Shown piece by piece: positions 30,864 through 39,244 of a stretch of 64,000 nt of DNA (position 1 is its first letter; every line of letters starts with the position of its first letter). Source of the stretch: an uncultured virus (IMG/VR IMGVR_UViG_3300028610_002615) (Duplodnaviria > Heunggongvirae > Uroviricota > Caudoviricetes); the IMG/VR virus record IMGVR_UViG_3300028610_002615. One strand, given 5' to 3'. The translations under genes and the position numbers were made by a program. A model generated the notes under the pieces. It was not told the DNA's origin. It saw nothing but the letters and a program-made list of their open reading frames with translations, and searched no databases.

Positions 30864-31311
30864 CTGTTAATTCCTCCGGTACTTCTATATCTGATTGCAT
30901 AAGATTTTCTATTGAAGCTTTTCTAATTTCATCCTCTTCATACTTAGAATTGAAATGTTCTATTAAGTAGAAAGTGAAAGTACCCTCATCCCCGAATAAA
31001 TATACGAACTCTGAAGTCAACGTAGGGCCCAATAATTTTACGACCAGTCTCACAAATTCTTTTGAAAAAACCCCAAATTCTTTATCAGGTAGTTTAGTTG
31101 CTTCTAATGAATATATTAGAATCTTATCCTTGTGAATCATATCATATGCTTTATCTATAAAAAACGAAAGCACTGTTGTATAGTTCGCAAATTGTAGTAT
31201 TAGTCTTTCTTTTTTTTTATCTCGATAAGTCCATAAGTAAATCCATGTCCCTATTCCTACGATCAAAAGAAGAAAGACTATCAAAATAATATGTATATCA
31301 TTAACTAACAT
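30826..31311 (-). CDS. Membrane-anchored hypothetical protein
   Basis: N-terminal TM helix. Confidence 0.6.
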   Translation of the reverse strand: MLVNDIHIILIVFLLLIVGIGTWIYLWTYRDKKKERLILQFANYTTVLSFFIDKAYDMIHKDKILIYSLEATKLPDKEFGVFSKEFVRLVVKLLGPTLTSEFVYLFGDEGTFTFYLIEHFNSKYEEDEIRKASIENLMQSDIEVPEELTGGKTTSKIPRQH

Positions 31312-31585
31312 CAGTGATTATATCTACCTTTTGTTTTGGTTTTTGAGCTTTCTTTTTTTCTTTGGATGTTTTGATTTCATCTTTTATAAGGATGGAAATA
31401 ACTTTGCTTGGTCTGATAATTAATGCGGCATCGCTTGTATTGATGATTGATACTGTATTACCCTTCAACACATTTGATAACGCTCGAGATGAACCTTCAA
31501 TGTCACCATCCTCATCATCAATGAGTTCAATTTTCTCTACACCCTCTTGATATACTATAATCTTCTTCATGGTTTCTCCATTCAT
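31301..31585 (-). CDS. Hypothetical protein
   Basis: 94 aa, operon-packed. Confidence 0.55.
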   Translation of the reverse strand: MNGETMKKIIVYQEGVEKIELIDDEDGDIEGSSRALSNVLKGNTVSIINTSDAALIIRPSKVISILIKDEIKTSKEKKKAQKPKQKVDIITDVS

Positions 31586-31896
31586 TTATCTTCAGCAATT
31601 AACTTGTCTAAAATTGAATCAGGTTCCTTTCCTTCCTTTAGATATAATTCTTCAACTTTTACCTCACCATTTTCTTTAACAACTTCATCGAACAAATTAT
31701 CGTTTAAAACTGCTTCTCCAGTACTATTTTTATCAATATTATATTTCATTGATTTCTGTTTTAGTTGTAATCTTAAAACATCTATCTCATGCTTATAAAC
31801 AGTTTCAAAGACAACAGGTGTTCTACAAGATCGATTCCTGAAAAAAATTGTTAAACCTGGTGAAGTTACATTTACTCTATATGTAGTATTCTCCAT
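31582..31896 (-). CDS. Hypothetical protein
   Basis: ATG 31896 after AAGGAAG. Confidence 0.55.
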   Translation of the reverse strand: MENTTYRVNVTSPGLTIFFRNRSCRTPVVFETVYKHEIDVLRLQLKQKSMKYNIDKNSTGEAVLNDNLFDEVVKENGEVKVEELYLKEGKEPDSILDKLIAEDK

Positions 31897-31959
31897 TACA
31901 TCTTCCTTTGCTATGCTAAGCGGGCACAATAATAAAGTACCCACTTAGCTATATTTGAA

Positions 31960-33138
31960 TTACACTCTAAGATCGTCTGAATCAATTTCGTCTACATCTT
32001 CATTTTCGATTTCTTCTTTAAAAAGCTCAAATGCTTCTCCATAGTATTTCTCATCTTCTTCCCAGTCTTCACCTGTTTTTTTAGGAGAAGGTCCACCTGG
32101 AACGGCTGTTTGTTCTTCGACGTCTGACTCTTCTTCTAGTTCAGATTCTAAAATGCCTAAAGACTCTTTCATTTCTTTATCAACATCAAGATCTTCACCT
32201 TCATCTTCGCCTTTATCATCAGGTGTTGGAGGTTCATCATCTTGCTCTTGAAGTTCCAGTTCTAGATCTTCAAGAATATCAGACTCAATTACATCAAGAC
32301 CTTCTGTAGTCTTGTTTTCATCTCTAAAGGCATTTGGTTTTACCATTTTATCATGGAGATCTTTTCTTGGTGGAATTTGACCTTCATCAGGTCCAGTTCC
32401 AGCCTGATCAGTTCCAGCGCCATGTGTATCTTCTTCTGAATCTCTAGATTTCTTTTCGTCTTTAGCATTCATGCCAGGTGCTACGTCGTCACCTGTGTAA
32501 CTCATAACATCTGCTTCATCTAGATCATCTGCTTCCATTTCAGAGATGAGTTTTTCGATAATGGCATTTTCCATATCGGAACCTTCATCTTCTGTGGTTA
32601 CTTCTTCTTCACGATATTTTTTGGCTTTTGGAACATCTTTATCTGACCATTCATCTTCTTGAAGTTCTGATTCGGCACCTTCTTCAAGAGCTGTTTCAAG
32701 ATCGTCTAAAGCTAGTTCAACATCTTCTTTAGCAATATCTTCTTTCTTCTCTTCTTTGGATCCTAAAATAGTCGGTGAATCGCTTGTTCCGGCTTGCTCA
32801 GTTCCGGCACCTTTAGCGTTTTCCATTCCCTTACCAGATGCAGACCCTTTATCATTTTCCTCTGCCTTTGATAGAGAGTCACCTGTTCTCTTATCAGCCA
32901 TTGTAGCAGCATCTTCTTCTCCGAGAACTTCAATGGGTTGTTCTTTATCTTCATTAAAGTAATACCTTTCAAGAATGCTAGCTGCATCTTTATAAGTCGG
33001 GATCTCTCCACCGCCATCCCACGAGATAATTGGGTCTAACATCGGACCCTTTACTTCTAGATTATCGCTCGTATCAAATTCCGAAATCGCTTCCTTGAGC
33101 AAATTCATGTATGATTGTTTTTTACTCTGTGTATTCAT
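31960..33138 (-). CDS. Highly acidic scaffold/prohead-core-like protein
   Basis: 392 aa very D/E-rich, repeated GAGT(E/D)QAGT, many L/I-x-E sites matching gp21-type cleavage consensus. Confidence 0.55.
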   Translation of the reverse strand: MNTQSKKQSYMNLLKEAISEFDTSDNLEVKGPMLDPIISWDGGGEIPTYKDAASILERYYFNEDKEQPIEVLGEEDAATMADKRTGDSLSKAEENDKGSASGKGMENAKGAGTEQAGTSDSPTILGSKEEKKEDIAKEDVELALDDLETALEEGAESELQEDEWSDKDVPKAKKYREEEVTTEDEGSDMENAIIEKLISEMEADDLDEADVMSYTGDDVAPGMNAKDEKKSRDSEEDTHGAGTDQAGTGPDEGQIPPRKDLHDKMVKPNAFRDENKTTEGLDVIESDILEDLELELQEQDDEPPTPDDKGEDEGEDLDVDKEMKESLGILESELEEESDVEEQTAVPGGPSPKKTGEDWEEDEKYYGEAFELFKEEIENEDVDEIDSDDLRV

Positions 33139-33236
33139 TGTATTAATTCCTCCTAGTAATATATGCTACCAAAGATAACTTAGGTTTCATTTGAATTATG
33201 TTCTCATTATCAGGAGGAATTTTTCACAGTTTGTTT

Positions 33237-34733
33237 CTAAAAAACTTCGAATCCTTGAAACTTAAGAGGACCGCTTGACGATGAGGAATCATCCTGTTTA
33301 TCTTTATTTGATGAGAATGTATCATTTACAAATTTAAATCTTGAAAAGTCAACTTTAAAATCAATTGATACATTGGTTTCTCCTGATCTATTTTTTCCAA
33401 CTTTTCCATGAATCAACTCATTATCAAATTCATTTTTAGCTAATAGAGCGACAAAGTCAGCATGTTCAACCTTCTTGATTGATTCAGACATTAAATCAAC
33501 ATTCAACTCTTGAGAACTTGAAATTTTGTAAACTCCTCTGCTTAACTGAGTTCCTGTCACAACTGGAATGTTATATTGAACTGCAAGAGTTTTCAAGGCG
33601 AGAGTAATATGCCCAAGTTCAATTCGATACATATCATATTTTGTATCTGTCTTTAAAAGATCAAGATAATCAACGTATAAACCAGCAATTGATTCTTTAC
33701 CATATTGATCAATAGCATCATCTACAACACTCATTATATCTACAACACTAACTGTCATGGCTGGAAAATATTTCATTATAATTGCTGCACTATTTTTAGC
33801 CAATTCACCTCTTATCATTCCTCTAATATCAGCACCGCCACGAATATCGCTTATCATCTCAGGTGTAGTTTTATCGAACATAGGCTGATAAGTTCTCATT
33901 AAAGCTTCTTCAATTGTATTCTCTAATGATACATAAACATACACTCTATGAATTTCTCCCATCACTGGTATTCTAGCCTCTGGAACCATATGAATAATAT
34001 TTGTTGTAGCAGACTTTATAATTGTATTATTCAGCAATGTTGATTTTCCTGCTCCAGATCCTCCACCAAAAACATATAACCGAGATGGTTCATAACCTCC
34101 ATGCATAATTCTTCCATCAAAGACAGAAAATCCAGTTGGAGTTTTATTCGACTTGTCGTACTTTGTATTGATCATCTCAATAACAGGACCGTAATCATCT
34201 TTTCCCAAATCAAGAGAAGCAGCGGCTTCAATAGTTACACTTCTATTTGCTTCCATCATATTTGAATAAAGGGTTTTGATTGTAACTTCATAATCTTCTA
34301 CAAGATCATCTATTGAATCAAATGAACCATCCTTAATTGATTCTAAAACCTTATCTAAATCATCATAATTTTGAAACAGAGCAGCAATTTTTTTTCTGAG
34401 TTTTACTTGTTTAATAATATCCTGAAATGCCTGCTCTTTAACTGCTTCATTGACTTTTAAATCTAAATAATCTCTGTGCTCCATAAACTTTTCGCTGAAT
34501 GAAATGCTATCTAATATATTTTGAATTTCTCTGTCGTCCAATAGCATGGTTGTTATCTTCCGTAAACAATCCAGTTTACTTTTTATATTCAGCGGGATTT
34601 CATACGCTTCTCTACTTTCGCTAAACTCCAATACTTCAACGATATCTCTATACAATGCTTTAGTCTTTTTTATTTTTGAGGTTTTGTTTAGGATAATCGT
34701 GAAGCAGGAGTCAAGGAAGGAATCAGTAATCAT
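33237..34733 (-). CDS. DnaB-like replicative helicase (gp41-like)
   Basis: Walker A GGSGAGKS, VSLEN, VDYLDLL, TGTQLSR, ESI.K...AD, KNRSG. Confidence 0.9.
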   Translation of the reverse strand: MITDSFLDSCFTIILNKTSKIKKTKALYRDIVEVLEFSESREAYEIPLNIKSKLDCLRKITTMLLDDREIQNILDSISFSEKFMEHRDYLDLKVNEAVKEQAFQDIIKQVKLRKKIAALFQNYDDLDKVLESIKDGSFDSIDDLVEDYEVTIKTLYSNMMEANRSVTIEAAASLDLGKDDYGPVIEMINTKYDKSNKTPTGFSVFDGRIMHGGYEPSRLYVFGGGSGAGKSTLLNNTIIKSATTNIIHMVPEARIPVMGEIHRVYVYVSLENTIEEALMRTYQPMFDKTTPEMISDIRGGADIRGMIRGELAKNSAAIIMKYFPAMTVSVVDIMSVVDDAIDQYGKESIAGLYVDYLDLLKTDTKYDMYRIELGHITLALKTLAVQYNIPVVTGTQLSRGVYKISSSQELNVDLMSESIKKVEHADFVALLAKNEFDNELIHGKVGKNRSGETNVSIDFKVDFSRFKFVNDTFSSNKDKQDDSSSSSGPLKFQGFEVF

Positions 34734-34746
34734 AAATATTTCCTCC

Positions 34747-35154
34747 TTATCTCAATTTTGATTTTGTTACTGAAATGTTAATCATCTTCCCTATTATTTC
34801 TTCATCTATTTCTTTTGCTATTTCTTCACTCATAGCATCAATTATTTTTTGTCCTAGATCACTATCATACAAACCACATAAATCTTCTTGTTCTTCTAAT
34901 GTCCAATCTGCTTTTAGAGTGTGATATGGACTGGGCTTACCCATAATCCTTTCAATCCAGTCTAGCTTTCCAGCACCCCAACATCTATCACATCTATAGT
35001 CCCAATCTTTTTCACCGACTATCCAGCCAGTACCTTTACACTTAGGACATATTATATCCCCCGGATCAAGCGTGGGCTTGGCGGTAGAGGTGGCCCCTTC
35101 TTTCTTTTTCCCATTGCTTTTTCTATCCAATCTAATACTCCTGTTCCAAAACAT
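34747..35154 (-). CDS. DnaJ-type Zn-finger protein fused to capsid-like helix (ZnF-F); start uncertain
   Basis: CPKCKGTG..CDRCWGAG-KLDWIERIMG core; tail aligns with MCP 268-314. Confidence 0.8.
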   Translation of the reverse strand: MFWNRSIRLDRKSNGKKKEGATSTAKPTLDPGDIICPKCKGTGWIVGEKDWDYRCDRCWGAGKLDWIERIMGKPSPYHTLKADWTLEEQEDLCGLYDSDLGQKIIDAMSEEIAKEIDEEIIGKMINISVTKSKLR

Positions 35155-35303
35155 TTATGACAAACTAAACCTTGCCTATATGGATCATAAGATGATTTGA
35201 TTCGTTCAAGGGGTATAGTTCCTTTCCCTTTACATTTATCACAAAACTCTTCTCCTTCTTCTGCACGAATATACTTTTTTATGTGAGTATTAAAAACTGT
35301 CAT
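35052..35303 (-). CDS. DnaJ-type Zn-finger protein with Pro-rich tail (ZnF-E)
   Basis: CDKCKGKG..CHKCFGTG-VLDWIEKAMG core. Confidence 0.8.
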   Translation of the reverse strand: MTVFNTHIKKYIRAEEGEEFCDKCKGKGTIPLERIKSSYDPYRQGLVCHKCFGTGVLDWIEKAMGKRKKGPPLPPSPRLIRGI

Positions 35304-36705
35304 ATTTCATTATCCTAGTTTTTTCATCTAGATCTATAAACTCATCCTTTGCTAAATGTTTTGTGATAAGATACTGACAATAATCTTCATCAAGATTTTT
35401 TAACATATCAAGAGATTTTGCAATGCTACTTGATTTAATTTTTTGCTTTTTAGTCAATTTTCCTTGATTCAAAACTCTAGTCATCTCAAGGCATTCATCA
35501 TTAAAATCTTCAACATGTCCTTGCTCATATAGTTTATAAGATTCATATGCAAACTTTTTCATGTCCTCTTGAATCTCTTGATATAAATCTAATGTGTAAA
35601 GAACTGAATATGCTTTAACATCTTCATGAAAAGTTTTCGTATTTGGATCATATACTCCATCAGTCTTAATTCTTTTGAAGTTCCATTTATCAGATACATG
35701 ATCAACTATATCCTGATATATACTTTCAATAGATCTATCTTCTCCAGAAGGACCAAAAGGTATATTAAATCTGTATCCAATATTATCGCTCTTAACATTC
35801 ATCTTTCTCATGTAACCTTCTTCATCTCTAACATTTAAGAAACGAGCATTCATAACTTGTTTATAAAGACCAGATGAGTCATATGTAATATTTAAATCCA
35901 TTCCATGCATTTTCTTTACAGCATGCTGACACATCTCATAAAATAAAACATCTCTAAAATTAGCACCACCCAGAATATGAAAGTTCAAATAGTTTCGTCC
36001 ACATCTCTTTGCTTCATTTAATAATGGAATCATTGGTAAAACATATATAACACAAGGTATAGTCATATCACTTGCCATGTTTGCTACAATACCACCAGTC
36101 CCATGATATTCAAATGAATCAAACATATCATAGTCTCTCATTATCTTTGTGTATATTTCCCAAAGTTTTGGAGTTCTAAAGTGGTGAATATAAATCATTT
36201 TCTTTCTTAATTCATCTGGAAGTTCTTTTGCTTTTTGATACGATTCTAAATTTAATTTATAAACATCATAAAAGTTTTTGAATATCTCACACCCTGGTCC
36301 AGGTGGAACATCCAAAATAAAAAACTTGTCAACAACATGGGCAGCTTGTGGAATCCAATCGTAGTACATATCCAACAGAAGCTCAGATTCACGTCTTGTT
36401 AATTTACCAATGGAAATCTGGAATCCTCCGCTATCCGCAATTAATGTGCAGTCATCAAAGAATCCCATATCTCTACATTTCTGGTACATCCCAGTTTCAT
36501 TTGCATTATATTTTTCATACTTCTTTTTGTTATGAAAATTCTGACCATAAGAATGTAAATAACCTGTTATAGTTTGAGATAGAAATTTACCTACTTCTTC
36601 TCTAGTAAAATTGTTTTCCCATCTCCCTCTTTTGCCTAACATAAAGTTGTCGAATATTGTAGCTAATGTTTCGAAACCTGCGAGAATGTAACCACTTTGT
36701 ATCAT
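35290..36705 (-). CDS. TGT-fold protein, DpdA-like deazaguanine DNA transglycosylase
   Basis: IADSGGFQ, ILDVPPGP, FHILG, YDSS motifs; ATG 36705 after GAAGGAG; QueE 3.4 kb away. Confidence 0.7.
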   Translation of the reverse strand: MIQSGYILAGFETLATIFDNFMLGKRGRWENNFTREEVGKFLSQTITGYLHSYGQNFHNKKKYEKYNANETGMYQKCRDMGFFDDCTLIADSGGFQISIGKLTRRESELLLDMYYDWIPQAAHVVDKFFILDVPPGPGCEIFKNFYDVYKLNLESYQKAKELPDELRKKMIYIHHFRTPKLWEIYTKIMRDYDMFDSFEYHGTGGIVANMASDMTIPCVIYVLPMIPLLNEAKRCGRNYLNFHILGGANFRDVLFYEMCQHAVKKMHGMDLNITYDSSGLYKQVMNARFLNVRDEEGYMRKMNVKSDNIGYRFNIPFGPSGEDRSIESIYQDIVDHVSDKWNFKRIKTDGVYDPNTKTFHEDVKAYSVLYTLDLYQEIQEDMKKFAYESYKLYEQGHVEDFNDECLEMTRVLNQGKLTKKQKIKSSSIAKSLDMLKNLDEDYCQYLITKHLAKDEFIDLDEKTRIMKYDSF

Positions 36706-36949
36706 TATTTGCTCCTTCTCTTTTAGTTGATGTACTATACGAACATGAACTTGACGAACAACTACAGCAAGAGAGTTCCTGCTCAAAATGTTTACCCATT
36801 GCCATTTGAATCCAATCAAGTTTTCCGTCGCCCCAACATTTATTACATGGTTTCCATTTTACACCCCAAGGTGTATGATCGTTATACGTTTCACCTTTTC
36901 CTTTACACTTGGGACATATTTCTTCACCTGGCAGTAATTCAATTTCCAT
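36602..36949 (-). CDS. DnaJ-type Zn-finger protein with Ser/Cys-rich tail (ZnF-D)
   Basis: CPKCKGKG..CNKCWGDG-KLDWIQMAMG core. Confidence 0.8.
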   Translation of the reverse strand: MEIELLPGEEICPKCKGKGETYNDHTPWGVKWKPCNKCWGDGKLDWIQMAMGKHFEQELSCCSCSSSSCSYSTSTKREGANNDTKWLHSRRFRNISYNIRQLYVRQKREMGKQFY

Positions 36950-37209
36950 TACATCACCCTTATTCCTATTTTCGTAGTTTCTAATATCTTTCTTCCTCTA
37001 TGATAAAGTTCAACTGATCCATCAGAGGCGGCTCTGAGAAAAGACGAGGATGATTGTTTACCCATTGCCATTTCAATCCAGTCAAGTTTTCTATCACCCC
37101 AACATCTATGACATGTTATTCTAATACCATCTATAAAATTCCCAGGTTCTTCACCACTTCCCTTACAATTAGGACATATTTCTTCACCTGGTGCTAATTC
37201 AAGTTTCAC
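36949..37209 (-). CDS. DnaJ-type Zn-finger protein fused to tail-fibre motif (ZnF-C)
   Basis: CPNCKGSG..CHRCWGDR-KLDWIEMAMG core; tail GSVELYH..K.LETT. Confidence 0.8.
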   Translation of the reverse strand: MKLELAPGEEICPNCKGSGEEPGNFIDGIRITCHRCWGDRKLDWIEMAMGKQSSSSFLRAASDGSVELYHRGRKILETTKIGIRVM

Positions 37210-37499
37210 TATCTCTTAAATCCTTTCACTATTCCTGGACTAGGCATTGGTTGAACGCCTACAAGATCTTTAGCAATTAACTTTGGATAATGATGCCTTA
37301 CTAAAGGAATTTGTACTGAATCATAAGGGGATAGTTCCCTTTGTCCCATCGCTCTTGTAACCCAATCAACTTTTCCAGTTCCACGACATCTAAAACAAAT
37401 AAAGTAAAAAGAACGGTCTGTTTCATCTCTTTCGTTATTTCCTGTTCCTTTACATTTAGGGCATATTTCTTCACCTGGGAGCAATTCAATTTTATGCAT
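37209..37499 (-). CDS. DnaJ-type Zn-finger protein fused to capsid Gol-like peptide (ZnF-B)
   Basis: CPKCKGTG..CFRCRGTG-KVDWVTRAMG core; tail aligns with MCP 74-115. Confidence 0.85.
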   Translation of the reverse strand: MHKIELLPGEEICPKCKGTGNNERDETDRSFYFICFRCRGTGKVDWVTRAMGQRELSPYDSVQIPLVRHHYPKLIAKDLVGVQPMPSPGIVKGFKR

Positions 37500-37725
37500 T
37501 ATTCACCTCAGAATTGATGACTAAGCTATGATCTACTTCTTTTGTATATACACCTGGTCTAACTAAATGCCCTTGCACTCCCATTATGTTCTCCACCCAA
37601 TCAACAATTCCTTTTCCTTTACACTTTGGACAAAGTTTTGACCAATGATGCGAATGACCTGGAGACACGATTTCACCTTGACCAGAGCATTCCGAGCATA
37701 CCATTTCTCCTGGTTTCAATTCCAT
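37492..37725 (-). CDS. DnaJ-type Zn-finger protein fused to tail-sheath-like N-terminal motif (ZnF-A)
   Basis: ATG 37725 after GAGGTG; CSECSGQG..CPKCKGKG-IVDWVENIMG; tail RPGVYTKEVDHS. Confidence 0.8.
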   Translation of the reverse strand: MELKPGEMVCSECSGQGEIVSPGHSHHWSKLCPKCKGKGIVDWVENIMGVQGHLVRPGVYTKEVDHSLVINSEVNNA

Positions 37726-38249
37726 TATATCACCTCTATTGTATATGGAGGACCACAAGATGTCAAAAATTCTGTTGCGGCATTCAAGGCTAAATAAACT
37801 TTCTGCTCGGGTGTAAGATCAAAATCCTTGCTTGTAAAAAGAGATCCCAAAGCTATTGAAGAACCTGCTCCAATTGATGTATAACCTTCCTTATTTACTT
37901 CATTAATTTGAAAGTCGGATAGTAATTCATATAACTTTCCTTTACTAGCGATAATAAAATTACTCGACTGTACTTCAACTTGCCCTTCACTTCTAATCAT
38001 GGCGCCCCTTTCAGTAATTTGTTCCCTAATTATATCAGGCCATCCCCAAATATTCCTCGGAAGTTTATAAGAACTACGTTGAATAATTTGTCCAGTTCTT
38101 ATAGATCCTGCAAACCCGAATAGATAAGATCCTCTTCTAAATATCTTAGTCGCATTTATCGGGTGTCTATCTCCATCTTCAGTTGATGCAACTCCGTCAC
38201 AACCCAAATAGACTTTTTTCTTATGTATAAGTCCAACAATACAAGACAT
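37725..38249 (-). CDS. HslV/proteasome-beta-like Ntn-hydrolase peptidase
   Basis: M-SCIVG...VYLGCD, KIF, GFAGS, SIGAGS..ALG motifs. Confidence 0.75.
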   Translation of the reverse strand: MSCIVGLIHKKKVYLGCDGVASTEDGDRHPINATKIFRRGSYLFGFAGSIRTGQIIQRSSYKLPRNIWGWPDIIREQITERGAMIRSEGQVEVQSSNFIIASKGKLYELLSDFQINEVNKEGYTSIGAGSSIALGSLFTSKDFDLTPEQKVYLALNAATEFLTSCGPPYTIEVI

Positions 38250-38250
38250 A

Positions 38251-38430
38251 CTAAACCTCCTTATCCAAAATTCTATGTAACTCTTCGTAGTTTAGTATTA
38301 GATCTTCCTCTCCCCAATGGGGATCATCTTTTCCTTCATTATCTAACATGTATTTTTTTCCTTCTTCTGTAATTTCTCGATAAGATATATCCCCAAGAAA
38401 AGTTTTTTGTACTACTAGCATAGTCTTCAT
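38251..38430 (-). CDS. Small hypothetical protein (59 aa)
   Basis: Read by hand (below track cutoff): MKTMLVVQKTFLG...DKEV*, AAGGAGGAG SD. Confidence 0.55.
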   Translation of the reverse strand: MKTMLVVQKTFLGDISYREITEEGKKYMLDNEGKDDPHWGEEDLILNYEELHRILDKEV

Positions 38431-38452
38431 TTAAATCTCCTCCTTATCTATT

Positions 38453-39244
38453 TTATTCCCCTTTTAATTTCATATCATCTCGCATCCTTAAACATTTAGC
38501 AAGATCAAATGAGTAGTCATAGATGTGCAACCCTTTACTTGAAGCAATAATTTCACCATCTTCTACACCAATTTCTGCTGCAACATATTCTTTCAGTAGC
38601 TGAATCCCACCGAGATTGGCAGGTAACCCACCCCATAAGTCCCAGCTGCGGAAATATGGATAAAAATGTAATTTTCCATCTTGAATCCTCGTATCAATAT
38701 GTCTTAAACAAGGCGGATCTTGAAGTAACATATCATCAGGTTGAGCAACTTGCAGAACCATTTGATTATTTCTATATCCTTTATTTTTATAAGTCCATAT
38801 TAAAAGATCAACTTGACTTAAAAATCCAGATTTTCTGACTTGATTCCATGCTTCATCATCTTGAATAAGAATTTCCTTATTATTTTCATCACCATAATAT
38901 CGTCCCCACAAAGGATCAATTCTAACTTTTGTCATTCGTTGACCATAAGTATAAGACTCACCCGGACTAACATCTCCAGTCATTAGATACGAAATATATT
39001 CATCTAAATAATCATCTTCGACTGGATTTGGAATGCTATAATGTTCTTCAATTTGTGGCAGCAAAGGACGAGTGCCTGGATGTTCGATTTCAATAACAAC
39101 AAAATCAAACTCCAATCTCTTTTGACCAGCAAATGATCCTCGATCAATTTTGAATACTGAACCTTCTTCGAGTATTCTATAAAGAGTTTGAAACCAGGCA
39201 TCTCCTAAATCCCGCGCCTTAATGTATTGATAATTAAGGGGCAA
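38453..39244 (-). CDS. thyA: Thymidylate synthase (ThyA-fold)
   Basis: YTYGQR, DPPCL, FRSWDLWGGLPAN, GLHIYD; probable TTG start after GGAGGTG. Confidence 0.8.
   Translation of the reverse strand: MPLNYQYIKARDLGDAWFQTLYRILEEGSVFKIDRGSFAGQKRLEFDFVVIEIEHPGTRPLLPQIEEHYSIPNPVEDDYLDEYISYLMTGDVSPGESYTYGQRMTKVRIDPLWGRYYGDENNKEILIQDDEAWNQVRKSGFLSQVDLLIWTYKNKGYRNNQMVLQVAQPDDMLLQDPPCLRHIDTRIQDGKLHFYPYFRSWDLWGGLPANLGGIQLLKEYVAAEIGVEDGEIIASSKGLHIYDYSFDLAKCLRMRDDMKLKGE

Noticed and set aside
36706..36819. N-terminal 38 aa of the 509-aa track ORF
   Set aside because: Overlaps ZnF-D; SD-supported ATG is at 36705
38453..39244. dCMP hydroxymethylase
   Set aside because: Specificity residue is Asn (GLPAN), typical of dUMP-using enzymes; dUMP hydroxymethylase cannot be excluded from sequence
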